A stretch of DNA of 64,000 nt from Takakia lepidozioides (taxonomy: Eukaryota; Plantae; Bryophyta). The stretch's first letter is position 1; each line of letters begins with the position of its first letter. The notes beneath the pieces were generated by a model. That model was not told the origin of the DNA. It saw only the letters and a program-made list of their open reading frames with translations, and made no database searches. Positions 51,333 through 63,831 of the stretch are shown here, piece after piece. Made by a program: the position numbers and the translations under genes. The stretch lies in the NCBI GenBank assembly GCA_030704615.1, contig CM060732.1, forward strand, positions 39,494,001 through 39,558,000. Direction: 5' to 3'.

Positions 51333-52616
51333 AGTGGAGATGGACGGATAAGAAAAAGACCCCTTTCTTTGCGTACTCTGTGAAAAAAAAATACTCTCTC
51401 CTAAACCCCTCCCGCTCGTTTGAATTCAAGTGAAATGCAAAATGGAACATCCCGCTGCTAGACCGCCTAGGATGGGACAAAATCTGGAGAGACATCTGGA
51501 GAAAAGACAGACCAGCCAGGCTATCCGGTTTTGTATGGAAAATCGCGCATAGAATTCTTCCAGTCAAAGAACGCACCCACGAAGACAACCCTAACTGCTC
51601 TCTGTGCGGTTCTTCTCCCGAATCCATTGAACACTGCCTGATGTTTTGCAGTGGTTGTTAGAGTCTGGCACTTGGTTCTTGGTTTCTACTCCCACTGGAA
51701 TAGCTTCCTCTCCCCCCCCCCCCCCACCTTCTCTGTTGCTTCTAAATTTCACCGTGGGTCAAGTGCAGACTATCTGCCCGGTTTGGGCTGCTCTTAGAGC
51801 GCTTACCTTGTGGAACTTATGGAAAACAAGATGTGCTTGGATTTATGAGGGAAAACCCCCCAGGGGCAGATTGGTATTATTCAATACTAACCAAGATCTG
51901 TTGACCGAGGGGCGGAAGACTTGGTTAATTGTCTGTGCAGCTGTTTCCAGAACTTCGGAGCAACGAGGGAGGAAATTGCTTCAAGACTTTCATGACACCT
52001 GGGGCAAAAGTAGCATGCTCGGCGCCGGTTTTTCCAAATCTAAATTCACTTGGCAACATTCCATCCCCTCTCAATGGGAGGTCCCCTGGTGAAGGTGATG
52101 AGGGAGATTGCAACTGGCGCCATAAACGTGCAAGAGCCCCCAAATTCCGCGCGCAGCTATAGTTCTAGAAGTCTGGCATCTGCATTCGCCTCTGCGATGG
52201 TTCCGAGATGCTTCACCCTCAAAATCTACTTCCATCGTCCCCAGGCATCCCCTGCTTATTTCAAGTTTTTTTCAAGACTTAGCTCATTGTTTTTTCCTGA
52301 CATTGTCTACTTCCCTTCAGTGAATCCTGCTTCTAATCCCCCCATCCCTAGCACATCTCTCTCGGCCCCCCACACCACTCTCTCGACCCATCCTTCTCAA
52401 AGTCATCTCTTTGGGTTTCCTTGCTCCTTTCCCTTAGCATGTTCGTTTTGGTTCCGGGGAAGTTCCCCCTCAGTATGCCTCACGGCCCCCCTCCCCGGGT
52501 GGTTATTTTTTCCACCCCTGTGTAACTCCTTATTAATTTGATCATTGAACAGGGCTTCTGTCCCTTTCCTTGAGAAAAAAAAAAAAAAAAAAAAAGAAAA
52601 AAAAAGAAAAAAAAAA
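51333..52616 (+). mobile_element. 3' part of an L1-like LINE (zinc finger, 3' UTR, poly(A))
   Basis: WKIAHRILP...CSLCGSSPESIEHCLMFC, LWNLWKTRC; A-rich tail at 52574-52616. Confidence 0.88.
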
Positions 52617-52624
52617 TTAAAACC

Positions 52625-52859
52625 CTAAGCTACCACCACCCCTTGTGGAGCCACCCCCACGCAACCCGGTGTGCGGGGCTCCACCTAGTGAGTGCCTCCG
52701 CCTCCTTGAGTGCCTTGGGCACTCAAGGGTGCTTCAGCCCCCCAGCCCCGCCCCCCCCCCCCCCCCCCCCCCCGCCGTACCTATTGTTGCACTGCCCCCA
52801 CTACAGGGGCAGCCCCTCTGCGTCCCGACCCCCTGCCCTCAAGGCAAAGGGCCGCGACA
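52625..52859 (-). repeat. 5' ~235 bp of a chromovirus LTR, inverted
   Basis: Reverse complement of the LTR start (TGTCGCGGCCC at 52859), with an expanded C run. Confidence 0.92.
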
Positions 52860-52864
52860 CCCCG

Positions 52865-55800
52865 GGATCGAATTGCAGGTCCACCAGTGGGCAGCTCAAA
52901 AACCAGGCGAGGTTTTCTTGTCTCGCCCATTGGGTCTCCATACCTTGCGGGGGCAACGGGTTTGGGTTGCCCAGATTATCCATAACTCTGATGTGAAAGA
53001 GGTCGGCTTTATCTGCTTCCATTCTTCCTTGATACTCAAGAAGACCATCTCCATCTGCAGAAAATCCCAGACCTGTTGCTCTAACACATTGGCAGGATGT
53101 GACCAACATGACAGGGGTCTAAATCCATTGACTGGTGGCCATCCAAGTGGGTATCTTTATGACCAATGCATCAGCGAGGAGAGGTTCCATGTATTGAGGC
53201 ACATTTGCCAGAATGGTGTCCTAGGTTTTAGCTCTTCTGTGCCCAACCATGGTGGTGATTTGCGCCCTAGATAAGAACTGATGCTGATAGCGCATGTTTG
53301 ATATGTGCGTGAAAACTGTCTGCTCCCAAAAAGCCCACTGCGGGGCCTGCGAAAGAAGAATGTCCGAATCCATGTTATAATTAGCAAAAACAGGCTGTCT
53401 CAAACACTCCTGGTGCGTCAGAGGCATCCGTTCCGTGAGATTGCCTCTCATGCCATGCCAGGCCCTCCATATGGACTGCCATGGTTTGGAGCCCAAGGAA
53501 ACAATTTTGTTTTTACCTTGAACAATCCATCTCAAGGATTGAGTCCATAGGCTTGAGGATGTGGGGATCGATCCCATGAGGTAGGGTTGTATGAGCTTGC
53601 TCCATGGAGTGTTTCTATGCTTGATGGCTCTTGGGACCCACTTTGCCAACAGTGCCTTAAACTGCGCCGAGGGGTCAAGAATTCCTAGTCCACCTTTTTT
53701 TTTCTTTTGGCACAACTGGTCCCATGAGAGCAAAGCCCTTTTGGATGGGGCCGTAGAAGTAGCTCCCCATATGAAAATACGAATGAGCGCCTTAATTTCC
53801 TTGACCATGGCCTCATCTGGGTCCCAAAGTGCCGCATAAAACCACATTGATGCCTCCAAAACCTGGTTAGCAACTAAAGCTCTACCCACAATGGAGAGCA
53901 TTGCAGCACTCCAGAACGCCAGGATTGTTTTTAGCCTAGCAAGCACATCCTTGGAGCGGTCATGATTTGACATGTTCAGACCTATTTGATGTCCCAGCAG
54001 CTTGTGCGTTCGGCCCTCTTGCAGCCACCCAAGTCCTATGTCTGCCCCCCATGGCTGACAGTGGGTTGTCGTTGCCTCATTATGCAGCTTGGACAAAATG
54101 CCCATTGATTTTTTCCAATTGACCTTGAGCCCTGTAGCCAAGCAGAAGGTGTGGAGAATTTGGAGTGCCTTGTCAACGTTGGCCTTAATGGAGTTGTCCA
54201 GCAATCATTTTGCATACACCGAGAGTTTCAGCATTTCCGGGGTCAGTGTGGGCAAGTGAAGGCCAATGATGTCTTGCCTGTAGTGCAACATGTGACCCAG
54301 CGAGTCCGCCACTATGAGGAAGAGGAAGGGTGCCAGGGGACAACCCTGCCGCACCGATCTGGAAATGCGAAAGGGCTTCGATATAACCCCATTAACCATG
54401 ACCTTGTTGGATGCTGCATGCAAGAGGATGTGGACCCATGTCAAGAAAGGCCCTCCCAGCCCTGATTTCTCCATAGCCCCTTCCAGAAAGGTCCAATCAA
54501 TGGAGTCAAAGGCCTTTTCAAAATCAAGCATTAAGAAGGCCAACGGTTGGCTGTTTATTTCTGCTCTGTGAAGGGCCTCGTGGGCCAGCAAGATGTTGTC
54601 TAAGATCATGCGATCTTTGAGAAAGCCAGTCTGCTCCTTTCTAATAATTTTCAACAGGAGAGGCTGCAACCTCAAGGCCAGGGTCTTTGCGATAATCTTG
54701 TAAGTTGAGTTTAGCAAAGTGATTGGCCGGTAGTTGGCCATATCTTCTCTATCTCCTTTCTTAAAGACTAGAGTAATGAGACCTTCCGCCATCTGCGAGG
54801 GCATTATTTGTTTTACCATAATATCATTAGCCAAATGGAGGAAGTCCTCCCCAATTGTATGCCAAAGTGCTTTAAAAAGTTCAATTTGGAGACCATCCAG
54901 TCCTGGCGACTTTTGTGATGCCAAAGAGTTGACCGCCTGCCCCAATTCATACACTGACAGGGGGGCCGCCAGGTTTGATTTGTCCAGTTGAGAGATCGAG
55001 CAGGGGATGTGGTGCAACAAAGCCGCTGCTGCTTCATGTTTCTGATGCGAATCATCTTGCTTTTGAAACAGAGCTTGAAAATATGAGGCTGCCACTTCTG
55101 TCATGATTTTTGGCTTATCTACCCGATGTCCATCTGCATCTCGCAAAGCTGGGACCATTGTGACAGCTCGCCGCTGCGCAGCCTTAACAAAGAAATATAT
55201 ATTCATCTTTTCCCCTTTAAGGCTCCAATTGACTCCAGCTTTGACTTTGGAGAATTGCTCCTTGGCATGTAACAGCGTGGAGAGATTTCTCTTGGCATCC
55301 TTGTAAGCAGATATGGTGTGCGCTCCCTCCAGACCCGATTGTAGCTTGAACTGGCAGACTTCCAAGCACTTAGTCAGAGCCTTTTGTCTTCTAGTATTGT
55401 CATCTGCCTTTTCCTTTGCCATGACTTTACAAAGGTCTCTTAAAAATTCCATCTTCGCCAAGAATCTAGCAGTGGGAGAGACTAGCTGGGTGGTTGATTC
55501 CCAGGCATTCTGAAGGGTCTGTATGACGAAGGGGTCCTGCAACATGATTGGGTTAAGCTTGAAGAAACCCCTGCCTCTCACCCTTGACCCTGGGGTGTTG
55601 AGCATCAGTTGCACCATGGCATGGTCAAACTCCGGGAGGATAGGCTGCAGCGGGACACTGGTTGACCACGACTTCAGAGTGTAGGAGCAATAAAATCTGT
55701 CCAACCGAGCCTGGCACAAGTGAGGGGGGTCCCTGTTGTTCGACCATTTGAATTTCAATTCTCCCTGGCTTGGAGACGAAGCGTCGAGCAGCCCCACTAA

Positions 55801-57470
55801 CAAGCACAAGGCATCCCAAGTGTTCTTTTCTGTCATGGAGAGACGATTCACCAATCTCCCAAGCCTGTCTCTTTTATCCTCCACCATATTGAAGTCACCG
55901 CCTACCAGCCAGTGCTGAAGATGATGTCGCTGTTGCATGTTACATTTGATCTGGTTCCAGAGGTCTATCCTGTCTTCCTCCCCATTTGGAGCATAGATGT
56001 TTAGAAAACCCACCTCCCCCAATGATTGACCTATGTTCAAGACAAGAAGCTGCACTCTGCCTTACAACCAAATCTCATGGGAGATAATGGATTGTTGTAA
56101 GGAGGGGGAAGCAAGGATTGTTGTGCCCCCTTTGGAATCCGAGATGGTGGGATTCCAGAAGGCAGTGGCCGCTGGCCAAATGGAGGCACCAAGGGAAGCA
56201 ATTTTTAGTTGATTTAATTTATGTTCTTGCAGAAAGATAATATTGGAACCACGTAACAAAGTAGAGGCCCAAGCTCTGACCCTTGCCCTTTTGGGGGCAG
56301 AGTGGTCAGAGCCGAGACCTCGCACATTCCAGGAGACAAGAGACAGATTCATGTGGGTGTGGCTATCCGGCCCACGCTCTTTGCGTGACTTGATGGCCAT
56401 TGTGGGAGGAAAAAATATTTTGAACGCTTGTCGGATGGTGGCGGGGTGGAGAACCACTTAAACCCTTATGGAGGATGGATCAAAACAGGGAGCTGACAGG
56501 TGAACACAATCGTTGCCTTTTTTCGTTTACAGTTGTTTTGAAAAGGTACGAAGTGGGTCCCTCCGTCTCTAAGAACTGAAAACATGTCTGTAGAGATGTC
56601 CCAGGCTAGAGCTTTTGAAAGGCGGGAGAGGGATTGTGGGGAGGATGAAGGCCTGCTGAGTTCCACCAGGTTGGCAGGATTTTCTGCTTATGAACACTGT
56701 CCAGCAGCAAAGTCCATACCCGTTAACAGTCTGAGTGGTCAAGCACATAAAAGAAGAGGAGGGAGCATACAGTAGAGATGGAAAAATGTGGACTTTGGAG
56801 GCGGATGTCTGTGTGTTGAAGCGCAGAGCCTTTTCTGCATTTGCTGGCGAGCTGAAGATGATAGCATAGAAGCCTTTCCCCATTGAAAGGCTAAAGTGTT
56901 GTGCCAATCCACCAGCAGTTCCTAGGTGCTCGATAATCCAAGTACGAATGGATTTTCTTGTCTGCGGCTTTCCAGGGAAGTACAGGAGGATGCCTGTCTT
57001 TGTTAACTTTTGCACTTGAGCGTGCAGCTTAGCTTTGTTCAAATTTATGATAGGCTGCTCATTGTCTTCTTGCACCGTTGTGTCCTCCCATGCGTTTTCA
57101 GTCATCAACGGTGAGGGGGGGGGGGGGGGGGGGGGGGCAGAGGCTGAGGGGCCCTTTCCTAGAATGGAGGCAGCTTCGACTTGCAACATGGAGGATTTCC
57201 TGATCCAAATCTGATTTTTGGCTTTCGCTGCTGGAGACAAAACGCCGGACATTCCTCCACGTCTCACCTTTCTGGAACCACGGCCTCTAGAATCCATGGG
57301 ATAGAACTGCGATTAGCAGGCGTTTCAGGTAGACGACAGGCGCGAGAAGCAAGAGTGGGGATAAGAATTAGAGCGGAGGGAGGAGAGGAATGAGGTAGTG
57401 AGTGGAGAGGTGGGTAGACGTGGATTATGCCAGGGAACGAAGTGGAGTGAAGACCACAAATGCGACAAGC
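52865..57470 (-). mobile_element. 5' and central part of the L1-like LINE (ORF1, APE, RT)
   Basis: ORF1 57297-56466 (MGKGFYAIIF). APE SWNVRGL, FLQEHK, NIYAPN, GDFN, RLDRFY, DH. RT KSPGLDG, LDFEKAFD, RQGCPLAP; YADD is broken at about 54210. The 5' boundary is approximate. Confidence 0.88.
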
Positions 57471-59505
57471 TGTTAGAGAAGAAAGATAACTGATTCAGCT
57501 GAATGCATATAGAATTGCATCAACACCAACATTTCGAGAAAACACATGAGCTCGCCTCAATCCTTGGTCTATGCAGCAGATATGAAGGGGTTAATAGAAG
57601 AAGAGAAGTCTTCCCTTCATGTAGAGAATGCATGGCCGCTTGGCAGTCTCCCTACTGCACTCTTTCAAGGCTCATTATGAGCCGCTGCATCGAGCAGACC
57701 GCAACAGGCCTTGGGGAGCCACCGATTAGCGACAAGAGCTTAAGTGCCTGAGACAATGGTAGAGTGAGGGTGTGTGAGCGTGGCGGCTCATTAAACCAAC
57801 ATGGGAAGCAACTTTAGTGTAACACCCAACAATAAGTTTGAAATGGATAACAACAATTACTCCATTTGAGTGGGTACAATTACTTATAAGATGGAGATTA
57901 TAGATCCATTCGAATTCACAACAAATATGCATGATTTTGCATATATCAAATGTTTTCATTGGACAACAGATCTTAATTAAACAAGCAAATCATAGTTTCC
58001 CAAACCCAAAATTTGATAATATTTTTTTTTGCTCTCATACTCTTAAAACTGTCTTGAAACAAATTATTCGATATTTATATTTATGACAAGAAATAAAAAT
58101 CCAATAGATTAAGCAAATTTTATTATAAACAAACTCTATTTTTTTTTTTACATTAATTGAAATATACAAAAAGATATAAACGATTTTCCTATGTTTGTTT
58201 GTGTATTTTGCCATAGATTATGGTTTCGATACCAGATGAAATTGGCTTCTGAAGATATTTGAATTATATAATATCACATTTTCGAGATCTGGTTCATTCA
58301 TCTTATATTTATGTAGAATTTGTCAGCATATGATTGATGATGGTATAAAAGTAAATAATTTGCTTATTAAACATTATCATGAACCAAAAAATGTAATTGA
58401 ATCAGTAGATGTCTTAAACCAAAATTTGGAAGAACGTCTTGTAGCTCCTCACAACTATATGAGCTACGTGGATTCAGTCAATTTGGCATTCGTGGTAGCA
58501 TTATTAATGTTCCAACAAATATTGATAAAATCCAATCTGTCTTACCACGTCATCCTTAGGATGAAGCAACAATAGCAATAATGTTAAGAAAAAACTTGAA
58601 TATAATTCACCTTACATGTCACGGTACGTTCAACCAAACATGGTTATAAAAACATTGCATGATTTATGTGGAACTCTATTATATCAACTTGTCAGTGTGT
58701 CGATAAGAAGAAATTGAAAAAATATGTTTGAATTGTCTGAGGATTCCCAAACAATCATAGATGATGTTGACGACCAAAATATTAATGACTGTTATGAAGA
58801 AATACATGATAATACTCCCACAAACACATTCGTACAAAATCTCCTTGATGTTGAACAAATATTCGATCATGAACACAATAATTATGCAATCACTCCGAGT
58901 GAAGGATATAAATCTCTTGGACTTTTACGAGATCACAATAGTGAAGAATACAAATATTTTCCCAATTTTATTTTCGGGACATGCTAATCTTGGGGAAATT
59001 ATTCAAATTTAGCAATTGCAAAATGGGAGTTCACTCTTCAAAATATGATATTTGCATGTCACATTCCATTTTTTTTTTTAAAAACTATTAAAGATATAAC
59101 TCATTTTGTACTTTCATCATCTTGGATTCGAATCCAAAAAGATAAACCTCAAGGGCCTGAACTAACAAAAAACAAGTTAGTTATAAACCAAACCTTGATA
59201 CAATACTACGATCTAACTTACGATCAGTTTCCCTTGACCCCAGATGACCAGAGTTGGAGCATCTCTCTACATTGTGTCATAAGCCTTTTGATTCTCAAGA
59301 AAAGACAGAAGTGGGGTTTTCCTTTTTTCTTTCTTTCTTTGGATAATCTGGATTAGAGAGAAGATATGATCCACATAGCCCGGGTTGTTATATCGCTTTT
59401 ATTCGCTTATTGCCTTCAAGTATAAGTTGATAACTAAAGTGTACATTAAATGGCTGGAATCACAAATGTGTGTATCATGTGGCTTTGATTAGACTAACTA
59501 GAATT

Positions 59506-60235
59506 CTAGTAGGGATTTCTCACCAGTTGATGGACGTGTTGCAACATAGACAATCCGTCGTCATTCTTTTTATCGTGGGTTGCCTGCTCCACATACTGAT
59601 GCAGAAAATTGTACGAGCCTCGTATTAGCTTGTGGTTCGCCTTCCAAGCACCGATGAAACCTACATTGGACTGCGATCTCTTGCAGCATTCTTGCGTGAC
59701 CTCATCTAACTTGTCAACCATGATACGTATTGTATCATAGGCTGCAAGACGTGGAGAGGTCCCCTGCAAGAGACCAAATTCATGTAGGTGGAGAAAGTTA
59801 GTGCTCCCTATTGGGCTCAATCGTACCTAATGTACAATGTCAGGATGGGGCAGCAGAAAACAAGCCAAGGAGTAGTATATTACCTTCAAAACAACGACCC
59901 AACTGGATAGCTCGTGCAGTTGAATCGTCCTTTGCTCGTCTTTGAGCTGCAACTCTCGAATGCGAGACTCCATCTGAGAGTTGTGAGACTACATTTGAGC
60001 CAATCTCTCATCCATGCGATCACCATCGCCCCTCTTGTAGGTTATCAGAAAAGATCCCTCTCGAGGAGGGTTATTGAAATTCTCCATCATCTTTGTCTCG
60101 TAGGGGGACAGGCTCTCGTTGACCCCTAGGTCGACAAGAACCTGCCTCTCCATATGCTGAGGAGCAAAAGATGAGGCTTCCCCTGGACATCTACCCCCCA
60201 ACAAGCCCCCAACAAGTTCCCACAGTGCCATGAGC
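59506..60235 (-). pseudogene. Captured spliced gene fragment of unknown identity inside the Helitron region
   Basis: GC-richer insert with coiled-coil-like RMDERLAQM...ESRIRELQLKDEQ, a GT donor at about 59883 and an AG acceptor at about 59765. A partial inverted copy lies at 61481-61672. Confidence 0.4.
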
Positions 60236-60591
60236 TGTTAGAATTGTCTGGTCTACTGTATGACAAGGATAAAAGGTAGTATATGTTCTCTTTTGCGTTT
60301 GGTGTTCGGTCCAGCTAGCTCAAAAAAATTTGTCTTCAAAACAAATTATATTTTTAGAATCTAGAGATATAACGGATTCATTCGATGCGACCCTGTTACT
60401 TGTGCACGTTATTACAATCATATATGAAATCTTTTCGAAAACTATTAGTTAAACAAAGTGATTTGTTTGGACAAGTGACTGATTTTTTTTTTGGTAACCG
60501 AGTTTCAAAGTTGTGGAAGCAACGTTACATGCGACAATAGCGTATTGTCTGCTCGTTGCCTGAAGATATGAAAAATGCACAACTTTATCGT

Positions 60592-60652
60592 CATAGACGC
60601 ATTTGCAAAAAGACGCATAGACGCATTGGCAAAAAGACGCATAGACGCATTG
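60592..60652. repeat. 24-bp tandem repeat, about 2.5 copies
   Basis: CATAGACGCATT(T/G)GCAAAAAGACG repeated. Confidence 0.8.
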
Positions 60653-61889
60653 ATAAGAAGAAATTGAAAAAATATGTGCGATTGTCTAAGGATTCCCAAA
60701 CAATCATAGACAATGTTGACGACCAAAGTACTAATGACTGTTTTGAAGAAATAAAAATAGCCCCATAGATACATTCGTAGAAAATTTCCTTGATGTTGAA
60801 CAAATATTCGATCGTGAACATACAATACTTATGCAATGGCTCCAAGTAAATGATATAAACCTCTTAGATTTTTTTTAGATTATAATAGTGAAGAATACAA
60901 TTTTCCATTGTTTTATGGACATGCTCATCTTGGGGAAATTATCAAAATTTATACATATCAAGCAATTGTAAAATGGGAGTTCACTCTTCAAAATTATAGG
61001 AAATTCGCATGTCATATTCCGATTTAAAAAATAAAAAAATAAAAGTTATAACTTATTTTGTACTTTCATAATCTTGAATTCAAACAGAAAAAATAAACTT
61101 CAAGGGCGTGAACTAATAGCAAAGCAAGTTAGTTATAAACCAAACCTTGGTACAATACTACGACCTAACTTACAATATATGGAACTTGAGAAGGTCCAAA
61201 CATCATCATATTTCTTACAACGATTACGTAAAGATAATGTATTTGCTATGATACGCCAATTCAACCCACCAACATTTTTAGTAGCTTTCACGAGTGCAGA
61301 AGCATATTGGAAATCTTTGATCACTACATTATGTCAGCTAGCCAAAAAAAAAATTGTCTTCAAAACAAATTAAACATTTATAATCTAGAGATACTACGGA
61401 CTCATTCGATCCGACCCTGTTATTTGTGCGCGTTATTATAATAAAATAATGAATTCTTCTCGAAAACTATTAGTTAAACAATAATCCTCCTCGAGAGGAT
61501 CCTTTCTGATGACCTACAAGAGGGGCGATGGTGATCGCATGGAGGAGAAATTGGCTCAAATGGAGTCTCGCATTCGAGAGTTGCAGCTCAAAGACGAGCA
61601 AAATACGATTTAACTACACGAGCTATCCGGTTGGATCGTTGTTTGGAAGATAATATACTATTCCTTGGCTTGTTCAAGGACGTCGGGAACATTGAAATTT
61701 ACTAAGCTTGCACGTCGCAAACTATGCTTAGCAACATAACCAGGGCTAAAAACAATTACAAAAATGGATGCCAAAAGGGGGTTCAGGACTCACACGCTTG
61801 TATGCGTCCCCCCACTCGATCCGGTCTCCATCCTCTCGGTGATGGCTTTCTTCCTGCTAGCTATCGCAACCTTCAAGAATACCTTCAGC

Positions 61890-62232
61890 TCGCCGTTGTA
61901 GAGCGTGGGCCTCTCTCGCAGTAGCTCATTGTCCCCTTCCAAGGCGAACAGATGCCTTCCGCAAATTGTTGCAGCCACCATGGAGGACCCGCATCTCGCT
62001 GTCAGATCGACTAATATTCCCCCTTCTGGTGAACACATCTCCATGAAGGTTTGCATGAACTTGGGGCTTTTCTCACGTGCCCCGCGGAAGAAGGTGCCAT
62101 CTTGTCGTTTGTGGAGTCTATCCTCCCTGACCATGTTCCTCACCACATCCTCAGTGACGCTGTTGTGGTCGGTGTCAAGCTTTGCAGCTATCTCCCGCCA
62201 GTTGAAATTGACATTCATGCATTGTCCCATTC
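61890..62232 (-). pseudogene. Fragment resembling the C-terminal SAM-binding region of beta-class N4-C/N6-A DNA methyltransferases
   Basis: GAREKSPKFMQTFMEMCSPEGGILVDLTARCGSSMVAATICGRHLFALEGD versus the family pattern KPxxLxxxLIxxxSxEGDxVLDPFxGSGTTxxAAxxxGRxxIGxExD. Confidence 0.6.
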
Positions 62233-63831
62233 TCTAAGCTCATTTACAGCAGTTGAGTACTTGCAAGACAAGTTCTTGTGGAGGAACACTGAGGCCCCTA
62301 GTGTGAGTGGTCTGGCGATAATAAAGTTCTTCAAGGCAAAACCCGAAGTAGTCAAAAAAGTGAAATGTCAGGTCAGACATAATAAAATTGACAGAAATTC
62401 TACCTTGCTGGATGCCCAGCCCAGTTGCGGTCAACCATATCAAGTGTTTGCAACCGCTTAAGGCGCTCAGAGATTGACGTCCCATGCATGTGATGAAGGC
62501 CTACCTCGACTTGCACAACCAGATAGAAAAATGACTTCATCAACACAGAAAAACACACTTATTTCGGATGTGGATGACTTTTCTCCAGATGTATGTGTTG
62601 TGGATGTAGAAGAATTGCTTGGAGCTTACTAAGTACTCCCAATTTTGTTCAATCCACACCATCCAACAATCACTCCGCATGCCAATTATGTAATTATGAA
62701 CAACTTTGACATGGAACTTAAAAGCCTACTGTTGTTTAGACAAGTGATTTTTTTTTTTGTAATCGAGTTCAAAATCATGTAAGCGACGTTACATGTGACA
62801 ATAGCGTGTTGCCTGCTCGTTGCCTGAAGGAAAGATGCAGAGCTTTATCGTCGTAAACGCATTTACAAAAAAAAATTAGAAGATGTTTGTCGGTCCACTA
62901 TCCACTTCCTCCCATAAGAGAAACTACCATTGTGCTTCCACTCTTACTATCAGATGATTCATAGCAAATGGAAGATCTTTTGCAATTTGCGGTCTTACCT
63001 TCTAGGATGTAGTTCCAGACCAAGTGTTTATAGACATTGTGAGCTTTGTGGCTCAGGCCTTATGTTGAGGAGGAGGAGGGTAGTGATGGTGAGGAGGAGG
63101 AGGATGAGGAGGTGGTGAAAAAACCATGTAAAAAGAAATTAAAGCACCCTAAACTTGAACATAGGTTGGAATTTATCGCCTAAAGATGGTAAGTGACATC
63201 CAAGTGAAGTCACGAAAATGACGAAAGGACAACGAACTGTCACCTACGATGATGGAACGGAAAGAACAGAGAATTTCTGAAGGATCCATTACAAGCTACT
63301 TCTATACTAGGAGTAACACAATAATGTGAGTATACACCTGCTTCCCCGCTGGTATCTCTTTAATCTTCATGCTTTTATGAAAGAGACACACATGCTGGTA
63401 TTTGAATCCCCACTGAAATGCCTCACATTATGGCAAGCGAACACCGATGCACAATTTATTTTGGATCCATATGTTGCAACTTGCTATTGTATGTCTTGTT
63501 TGACAAAAATGGACAAAACTATAACTCGTAAATTGCAATCAGTCCTATAGAAAAATGTAAAACCGATCAAACCGAAGCAACCAAACAAATTCGGAAAATG
63601 GGCAATGCATTTCTTAACGCATAGCAGATGTCTACGCAATTAGCAGTTTATATGGTTTTATCACTTCCATTGCACCATTTATCAAGATAATTCAATTCAT
63701 AATACTTCTACAAAAGACGATCGAGCATTTGTTTTGAAACCAACACATATGCTTCGCAAACTTCTTCCAGATTCAACTGATATGAAATGTAAATCAATCA
63801 TTGATAAATACATAGAAAGGCCAGAATCATT

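Larger units (their letters stand above)
57830..63831 (+). mobile_element. AT-rich Helentron/Helitron2-type Rep relics, duplicated and interrupted
   Basis: FVCVFCHRLWF...ICRIC, LNQNLEERLVAP, FAMIRQFNPPTFLVAFTSAEAYW, LIRSDPVICARYY, EFQSCGS, ANTDAQFILDPY, GNAFLNA*QMS, NTS...RAFVLKP. Segment 58700-59220 is similar to 60670-61170. Confidence 0.78.

Noticed and set aside
52619-52628. Telomere-healing event at the inversion breakpoint (AAAACCCTAA)
   Set aside because: A single unit that is largely explained by the poly(A) end plus LTR sequence.
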